DNA of 25,316 bases, taken from a virus. Lineage: Duplodnaviria; Caudoviricetes. Positions 16,882-23,900 of the stretch are shown here, piece by piece. Below the pieces are notes generated by a model. It did not search any database and was not told the DNA's origin. It saw only the letters and a program-made list of their open reading frames with translations. The stretch lies in IMG/VR virus record IMGVR_UViG_3300025723_000156, positions 1 through 25,316 of that record. One strand, given 5' to 3'. Positions within the stretch are counted from its first letter, which is position 1. The number at the start of each line of letters is the position of its first letter. The position numbers and the translations under genes were made by a program.

Positions 16882-18330
16882 ATGAAAACATATATCTGTA
16901 AGATCTGTAAAAAAGAAAATCCCGTAAAGTACTATAAAGTACCTACCTACTGTTCCGCTACCTGTAAAAATAATGATCCTGAAATTATAGCTAGGATGGT
17001 AGCTAGTCAAAGAGAAACTTATTTAAAAAAATATGGAGGACATCCAATGAACTCTAAAGAAGTTCAGGAGAAACATAAAAAAAGCATGTTAGGTAAGTAT
17101 GGGGTAGAACATGCTCTTCAATCTACAGATTTTAAAAAGAAAGTTAAAGAAACTACTAAAGAAAGGTACGGTGAAGGTAGTGAAGAGTTAGTTAAAAAAT
17201 GTAAACAGTCTAAATTAAAGAAATACGGAAATGCTAACTATAATGGACAGAAGAAAAGAACTACTAAAGCTATTGATAAGAAGATATATGAGTGGGAGGA
17301 TATAAGGATACTGGACTATGATTACAATATTCCGGTGAAGACACAACGGTTTACTTTACAGTGTATTAGGTGTGAAACTATATGGGAAGGTACTTTAACT
17401 AATAACTATAAACCTAAATGTAAATTTTGTTCAGATAAGATTAGGTATGTTAAGATATCAAAAGGACATCAGGAGCTTATAGATTTCTTAAAAACATTGA
17501 TACCTAAAGATGAGATTAAAGTAAATGATAGAACTCTTTTAAATGGTCATGAGATAGATATATACATTCCTTCTAGGAAGATAGCTATTGAGTTTAACGG
17601 TATCTTTTACCACTCTAATCTTTTTAAAGAAGCGGATTACCATGTGAAAAAGACAACAAGATGTTTAGTACGTGGGGTACATTTAATTCAGATATTTGAT
17701 AGTCAATGGTGGGCCAAATCTGATATAATTAAATCTATGTTAACATCTAAATTAGGAGTTACTTCTTCTAGAATACCTGCTAGAAAATGTACTGTACGCA
17801 TTATACCTTCAAAAGAAAAAAAAGATTTCTTTAATAGGAACCATTTACATGGAGATACTAACAGTTCTATTAACATAGGTCTTTATTATAATGATACCTT
17901 AGTAGCAGCCACAACATATTCTAAATCTAGATTTGATAAGCAGTTTGATTTTGAACTTGTACGATTTGCATCCTTACTTAATACAACTGTTATTGGCGGA
18001 TTTTCTAAGATGCTGGCTTATTTTATAAAAAACTATGAAGTTACTACTCTCGTATCCTACTGTGACCGTACATGGAGTACCGGGCTTGGTTATTTTAGAT
18101 GTGGGTTTACATTTGGTAAGTTTACTGTTCCTAACTACCACTACTTTAAAAACTTAGAGGTGTACACTAGGCAGGAATTCCAAAAAGCAAAACTGCCTTC
18201 CAAACTAAAGACATTTGATAAATCCCTAACAGAGGTAGAAAATATGTATCAAAATGGATATTTAAGGTTTTGGGATTGTGGTCATATCAAACTTATACTA
18301 AACACTGTAAACAAAAACATCAAGCAATAG
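16882..18330 (+). CDS. Hef-like free-standing endonuclease (Zn-ribbons + Vsr/PD-(D/E)XK-like nuclease + C-terminal domain)
   Basis: CxxC pairs, KYG repeats, EIDIYIPSRKIAIEFNGIFYHS, then RIPARKC...ELVRFAS...SYCDR...RFWDCG. Only substantial plus-strand gene. Confidence 0.78.
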   Translation: MKTYICKICKKENPVKYYKVPTYCSATCKNNDPEIIARMVASQRETYLKKYGGHPMNSKEVQEKHKKSMLGKYGVEHALQSTDFKKKVKETTKERYGEGSEELVKKCKQSKLKKYGNANYNGQKKRTTKAIDKKIYEWEDIRILDYDYNIPVKTQRFTLQCIRCETIWEGTLTNNYKPKCKFCSDKIRYVKISKGHQELIDFLKTLIPKDEIKVNDRTLLNGHEIDIYIPSRKIAIEFNGIFYHSNLFKEADYHVKKTTRCLVRGVHLIQIFDSQWWAKSDIIKSMLTSKLGVTSSRIPARKCTVRIIPSKEKKDFFNRNHLHGDTNSSINIGLYYNDTLVAATTYSKSRFDKQFDFELVRFASLLNTTVIGGFSKMLAYFIKNYEVTTLVSYCDRTWSTGLGYFRCGFTFGKFTVPNYHYFKNLEVYTRQEFQKAKLPSKLKTFDKSLTEVENMYQNGYLRFWDCGHIKLILNTVNKNIKQ

Positions 18331-18342
18331 TGGCTTGATGTT
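18316..18342 (-). terminator. Terminator hairpin between convergent sheath and endonuclease transcripts
   Basis: AACATCAAGC / GCTTGATGTT 10-bp stem with 7-nt loop; T-rich tail on the minus strand; overlaps the endonuclease stop. Confidence 0.7.
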
Positions 18343-18375
18343 CTATGGATATCTTATGGTAATAAAAACTGTGAT

Positions 18376-18492
18376 TTATTTCAATCTTAATCTAATTACC
18401 GGCTGTTTAGGTGCTTTACTCTCTTTCAAGAGTATAGCACTTTTAACAGATTCGTATAGTTTTTTTGGAATTCTTATTTTAATATTACTCAT
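18376..18492 (-). CDS. Small unannotated basic protein (38 aa) after the sheath
   Basis: MSNIKIRIPKKLYESVKSAILLKESKAPKQPVIRLRLK*; ATG 16 nt after the sheath stop, ending just before the terminator. Confidence 0.6.
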   Translation of the reverse strand: MSNIKIRIPKKLYESVKSAILLKESKAPKQPVIRLRLK

Positions 18493-18508
18493 TAGTGTAG
18501 TTTATCTC

Positions 18509-20299
18509 TTATGATCCGAAAACTGCTCCTGAAGGTAAGATATTGAAGTTTAGTAAGATGTACTCTGCAGTCTTTGTAGGCTGTAAGTAGATAGCCCCTA
18601 CTAATTGGTTTCTATCAATTACTGATGGAGTGTTATTTGTATCATCCATTACTACGTTAAATGCATATAAACCTTGTTTTTGCTGTACTGATTGTAGGTA
18701 AGGGTTAACTTGGTTTAAGAATGAGTTACGAGTAGTTTGTGTGTTTTGTTCGAATACTAATGTATTAGCAATATTGCCGATATAACGTTTTAGAGATATT
18801 AATAATCTTCTCACGTTAACTCTATCTAATGCAGAAGCTTTAGCTTGTAAAGTCTTTTGACCATAGATAACTGTACCTTGACCTGGGAATACTGCAATTG
18901 GGTTAACTTTAGAAGCATACAGTAGATCACGTTGTGCTACTGGTAGTCTTCTTTCTGGTTGAATAACTGTTGTTAGACCACCTCTTGTTAGACCTGCAGG
19001 TGCAAACCATTCAGCTGAAATCTTATCACTATATTCGTATACTGCAGGTACGATTGTAGACGCAGGGCAGAAGAATAGTTTACCAGTTTCATTTGATACT
19101 AATTGTACCCATGGCCAGTATGTAGCTCCGTATGAGTTATCTACAGTCTGGGCTTGTGTTTTAGCAGTCGAAATATTCTGACCAAATACTGTTGTATCTA
19201 CTACTGCAATAGCAGTTCCTCTATTCTGTGCTGTTGTTAGTAACGTACTTGCTACTGAAGAAGCACCTTGTAAAGTAATACCTGGAGCGTATATAGTTTT
19301 ATAATCGTATTGATCTTTATTCTGTAACAGGCTTAATGCAATAGTGTAATCATTCTGATAAACACCTTGTATATTATTTGCAGCTGTAGTTGGTGCTGCT
19401 CCTATACCGCCACCATCTGGTGAGTTCGGTATATTTGTATAAAGGTTAATTGGAGATGTAGCCGGGAAATTGCTTCCTACTGCACCACCAAATGCACCGT
19501 TTAATGAACCAGATCCTGCTGCTGGAATTGAACCGGTGTATTGAGATTGAGGTATACCTTGAGCATCGAAGTAGTTAGGTGTTGGCTGTAAAACAGAAGC
19601 TACTCTTACGTAATTACTTTGATTTACATATGAACCACTTGTCTGCAGGTAGTAACTACCGTCGGTAGGATCTTGAGTTGGAGTAAATGTTTGATCACCA
19701 ATTACGTAGCTGATATAGTTATTCTGGTTTGGATCTAGAGATAGATTAGCCCATGTTTCTAATACAGTCTTACTATTTTCATAATCATTACCTCTTCTTA
19801 TTGTAAGGGTGAATAGACCAGAACCTGTACTGGCTGCAGTTATCTCCCATCTAATATTACTAACTGAACCTGATGGTAGTAGGCTACTGTTAACAAGTGA
19901 TGCACTAAAGTCATTATTCATTACAGCACCTTGACCTAAAGTAGCAAGTGTGAATGCTACACCAGTAGGGCTTGTTATAGATGCTGTAGCTGGAGTCCAT
20001 CCATTGACAACTCCACTACCTGATGCAACTCTCGTTACAAGTAGAGTAGTACCGCCTTGTTGGAAGTAGTTGTAAGCTGCTATAGAGGTTAGGTACTCGT
20101 AGTTATTACCGCCAGATACAAATAGAGCTCCAAATTGAGATCTAAATGAACTGTAAGAAGTTACTACGGTTGGAATATTAACCGGACCAAGTACTGTTGG
20201 ACCTACAATTGCTGCACCAACCTGGGTAGGTCCTTGTGTGATTTGAGATAGGTCATTTTCTCTTAAAAAGACCCCGGGAGATATTAAAGTTTCGCTCAT
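18509..20299 (-). CDS. Tail sheath protein (gp18-like)
   Basis: ISPGVFLRENDLS start; YWPW, WFAPAGLTRG, VNPI..FPGQG.VIYGQKTL, DRVNVRRL, VFEQN, IYLQPTKTAEYI. Confidence 0.96.
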   Translation of the reverse strand: MSETLISPGVFLRENDLSQITQGPTQVGAAIVGPTVLGPVNIPTVVTSYSSFRSQFGALFVSGGNNYEYLTSIAAYNYFQQGGTTLLVTRVASGSGVVNGWTPATASITSPTGVAFTLATLGQGAVMNNDFSASLVNSSLLPSGSVSNIRWEITAASTGSGLFTLTIRRGNDYENSKTVLETWANLSLDPNQNNYISYVIGDQTFTPTQDPTDGSYYLQTSGSYVNQSNYVRVASVLQPTPNYFDAQGIPQSQYTGSIPAAGSGSLNGAFGGAVGSNFPATSPINLYTNIPNSPDGGGIGAAPTTAANNIQGVYQNDYTIALSLLQNKDQYDYKTIYAPGITLQGASSVASTLLTTAQNRGTAIAVVDTTVFGQNISTAKTQAQTVDNSYGATYWPWVQLVSNETGKLFFCPASTIVPAVYEYSDKISAEWFAPAGLTRGGLTTVIQPERRLPVAQRDLLYASKVNPIAVFPGQGTVIYGQKTLQAKASALDRVNVRRLLISLKRYIGNIANTLVFEQNTQTTRNSFLNQVNPYLQSVQQKQGLYAFNVVMDDTNNTPSVIDRNQLVGAIYLQPTKTAEYILLNFNILPSGAVFGS

Positions 20300-20322
20300 A
20301 TTTGTAAATTAGTTTCTTAATA

Positions 20323-20330
20323 ATAAATAG
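20323..20330 (-). promoter_or_regulatory. Class II box CTATTTAT before sheath
   Basis: Exact intergenic match. Confidence 0.65.
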
Positions 20331-20363
20331 TTCACTTTATGGCAAAACCTAAAAACTCTCTAC

Positions 20364-20609
20364 TTAGTTAATATTACCTGTCTCGATATCAATCGATACA
20401 TTCCCATATTTAGCCACTAGACTATCTACCATTGCTTTTTCTCTGGTTTTTAGGTCTAAAATACCATCTTTAAGTTTCTGTTCTTGTGCTTCAAATAGCA
20501 CTTTTTGGAATTGGATTTCTCCTAAATTAATTACAAATTGATCTGCTTCGTTACGTAAACCTTTTAATGACTGTAACTCCTCTTGTGTGATTGTTGCTTG
20601 TTCTGACAT
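20364..20609 (-). CDS. Small coiled-coil protein
   Basis: 81 aa with heptad character, ending KYGNVSIDIETGNI; has its own CTATTTAT box. Confidence 0.75.
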   Translation of the reverse strand: MSEQATITQEELQSLKGLRNEADQFVINLGEIQFQKVLFEAQEQKLKDGILDLKTREKAMVDSLVAKYGNVSIDIETGNIN

Positions 20610-20639
20610 AATACTTTATTTGTGTTTAGATATATACAT

Positions 20640-20647
20640 ATAAATAG
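20640..20647 (-). promoter_or_regulatory. Class II box CTATTTAT before coiled-coil gene
   Basis: Exact intergenic match. Confidence 0.65.
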
Positions 20648-20655
20648 GTAAGAGT

Positions 20656-20901
20656 CTAGTTAGAAGCACTAGATTTTTTACTTTCTTCTATTGCTTTTTT
20701 CATTGCCGCTCTTGTTTCGGCAGCAAAGGTTTTCATAGACTCATCAAGTTTTTGTTCTACTGCTTGTATAATAGCTTCTTCTTTTTCTATTTCAGTTACT
20801 GTATCAAGTTCTATTTTATCTATATTTCCGGTCTTAGCTACTTTATAAACATAAACACCTGATATAATAATCACGGTAAATAAGGTAATTAGTCCTAACA
20901 T
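20656..20901 (-). CDS. Small membrane-anchored protein
   Basis: N-terminal hydrophobic helix LGLITLFTVIIISGVYVY followed by a charged helical tail. Confidence 0.7.
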   Translation of the reverse strand: MLGLITLFTVIIISGVYVYKVAKTGNIDKIELDTVTEIEKEEAIIQAVEQKLDESMKTFAAETRAAMKKAIEESKKSSASN

Positions 20902-20921
20902 AGTCTATAGTTTTTCTGATA

Positions 20922-20955
20922 ATAAATATAGTACTTTAGAAATATCCTACCAAGA
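20922..20955 (-). promoter_or_regulatory. Overlapping class I and class II motifs before the membrane protein
   Basis: TCTTGG-N19-TATATT running into TATTTAT. Confidence 0.55.
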
Positions 20956-20961
20956 TTTTAT

Positions 20962-23900
20962 CTAAGTTTTAAGTAGAGCTGTTACCTGTAGTTCTAACTG
21001 CTCTATTCTTGTTGTTGCCTCTTGAAGAGCTTTAACTGTTAATGCTAATATACCGTTGTAGTCTAGCCCATACGTTCCTCCTTCTTCAGATCCATTTCCT
21101 AATACTAGATCAGAATCTACTGTTAAAACATCTTGAGCTATAAACCCGTGTCTTACTACTCCGGGATAAATATTATACTCAAATGCTGCTGGTTTTAACT
21201 GTGAAATAGTATCATACACACTTCCTGTTATGTAACAAACGTTATTTTTTGTTCTAACATCTGAAGTACCGCCTCCTGCTGTAGTTAAAGTTCCTCCATC
21301 TGTTAATGAAAGAGATTGAGTGGCATAGTTATTACTAATAATTTGAAAACTTCCTGAGTTATCTACTCTAAAAAATTTGTTTGGGTTAGTAGCTCCTGTA
21401 GCTGTATTAGTTATCTGTATAAAATCTACGTAGTTTGAACCGCCCTTTGTGTTAGATCCTGATACCCAAATTGCTACACCGCTTGTATTTTGAGGAGGGG
21501 GTACTATTAATAAAGAGGATGTATTTACTGTAGAACTCACAATTCTACTAGATCCACTAACATCTAGTTTATATCCGGAATCAGTAGTTGTACCAATTAA
21601 TAGATTACCTAATGATGATAATCTCATTTGTTCAGCACCGTTACTAACAAAAACTAATCTTTGGCCTGCTCCAGGACCTATTTGTAATTGGTTATTTGGA
21701 TATGTTATATTATTTGTTATTAAACCACTACCAGCAGTAATTGAAACATAACCACTGCCAGCAGCACCTATTGATAAATTTTGATTATTAGTAGCATACA
21801 AAGAAACACCTCCATTTGAAGCAAATTGTAAATATGAGCCGATAGGATTAGTGATGTTTGCACCTGAGGATAATGTACCTAGTGATAAATTACTTGCTAA
21901 ATAGTTCGTTGATCCGCTTCCGATATAGTTAAATGATGTAGTATTAAGAATAGGTAGAGAAGATCCTGTTATATATCCTGAACCTATATCAGTAGCTGTA
22001 GTTGTAGAACTTGTTAAGTATTGAGTTTGAGCTGTTGTAGTACCTTGGTAAATTCTGTATGAGTAAGCTCCTGGTACTGCTGTCCAGGTTAGAGCTACTG
22101 AGCCTGTAGGACCGGTAACAGAAGCAGAGGCTTGAGAACCTGGAACTGTAGTATTTCCTAACCCGTCTACTGCTACTAAGGTATAGTAGTAGGTATTAGT
22201 AGCTAGAGTACCACCAGAACCTGATGGTGTAATTGTAATAATACCGGGTGCTGAGAGTGTTCCTGCACCAAAGTTACCGAATACTTTAGAATATACTGTA
22301 CTTGTGGTACCAATTACTGTTGTATTTGAACCATTACCAACAGCATTAACACCAATAACAATTTCATTTGATGGTGAAGCAGCACCACCTAATACACCAC
22401 TACCAATATAAATACCATTAGTAGCACCTGTTATTCTTGTGGCATCATTATATGTACCATAATATGTACCAGCATTAGCACCTAAAGCTGTATTATTACC
22501 TGTTGTTGTAATGTAACTTAATGCGTTATTTCCTATTGCAACATTACCACCACCGCTAGTTAACGCATATAATGTTATTGGTGAACCAGGTGCACCAAAG
22601 TTACCACCACCAATACCGATATTATAAGCTGATGTTGCATTTTGCAATACTTGCGAACCAATAGCAATTGAATTACCGCCTCCAGCAACGTTATTACCAC
22701 CTAAAGCTAAGTTACCAATAGCAACAGTATTACTAGCACCTGTCTTGTATCTCAACGCATTATTACCAATAGCAACTTGATTTGAGTTAGTTGTGTTAGC
22801 TGCAAGAGCATAATAACCAACCGCAACGTTACCTGTACCTGTTGTATTTGAACCGAAAGTGTTGTAACCTAATACAACATTTGAGTTTATACCACCAGCA
22901 CCATAACCTAAATTAACTCCATTAAAATTATTAATTGAACCTGTACCTATGTAATTCATTACCGTTGTATTAATAGTCGGTAATGTGGAACCTGTTGTAT
23001 ATCCTGAACCTACATCTGTAGCTGATGTTATTGATGAAGTTAAATACTGGGTTTGTGCTGTTGTAGTACCTTGGTAAATTCTGTATGAGTAAACTCCTGG
23101 TACTGCTGTCCAGGTTAGAGCTACTGAACCAGTTCCCCCTGTGCTCACTACAGAAGCAGAAGCTTGAGAACCTGTAGTCGTAGTATTTCCTAACCCATCT
23201 ACAGCCACCAGAGTGTAATAGTATGTACCTGTAGTTAAAGTTCCTCCGGAACCTGATGGTGTAGCCGTAATAATACCAGGTGCTGAAAGTGTTCCTACTC
23301 CAAAATTATTTTGAATCCTTCCAGATCCACTAACATCTAGTTTGTATCCGGAATTAGTAGATGTTCCAATAAATATACTACCTGATATAGTCTGGTTACC
23401 ATTAAATATGTTTGAACCTGTAGTTGCTAGTGAAGCACTTATGGCTGTAAATACCGGATCTTTTTCTACGTAATATGATGCGGTCTGTGCTGTTTGTACA
23501 TAGCTAGCTGTTGCTACAGTCATTGAGGAAGTTACGCTAGTTAACACATACGGACTTAACATCGACGAAGTAGCACTGTTTAGGACATAGTTAGGGGCTA
23601 AACTAGCTGTTGAAGCATATGAGGATGACACTACACTTCCTCCGTAGTAACTTGCAGTTGCTGCATAAGAGCTACTTACTGCATTTAAAATATAGCTTGC
23701 TGTAGTAGCATATGATGCACTTGTTGCATTTGATGCTGTACCGTATAGTGAAGCTGTAATTGAGGATTGATTCAACCATTTAGCCTGTGCTGTACTATAT
23801 ACAAAAGGTTGACCATCAGTTGGTGATGTAATAGATACATCAGCTAATCCAGCTAGAGTAGCAGACACAAAGTTTGTACCTGACGAACCAATACCTCCTA

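Noticed and set aside
15457-18330. Endonucleases as group I intron or intein cargo
   Set aside because: Sheath, tube and chaperone ORFs appear complete, and the flanks are too short for an intron core.
18403-18449. Imperfect long hairpin as a standalone ncRNA
   Set aside because: Several mismatches, AT-rich, and fully inside a plausible 38-aa ORF; no family resemblance.
6711-20299. Bacterial contractile injection system or tailocin rather than phage
   Set aside because: Contiguous with phage-type helicase, SSB, UvsX, denV and homing endonucleases, with no host genes.
21900-23310. Fibre duplication as a DGR template/variable repeat pair
   Set aside because: Both copies are in frame within one gene, differences are not adenine-specific and include an indel, and no reverse transcriptase is in the window.
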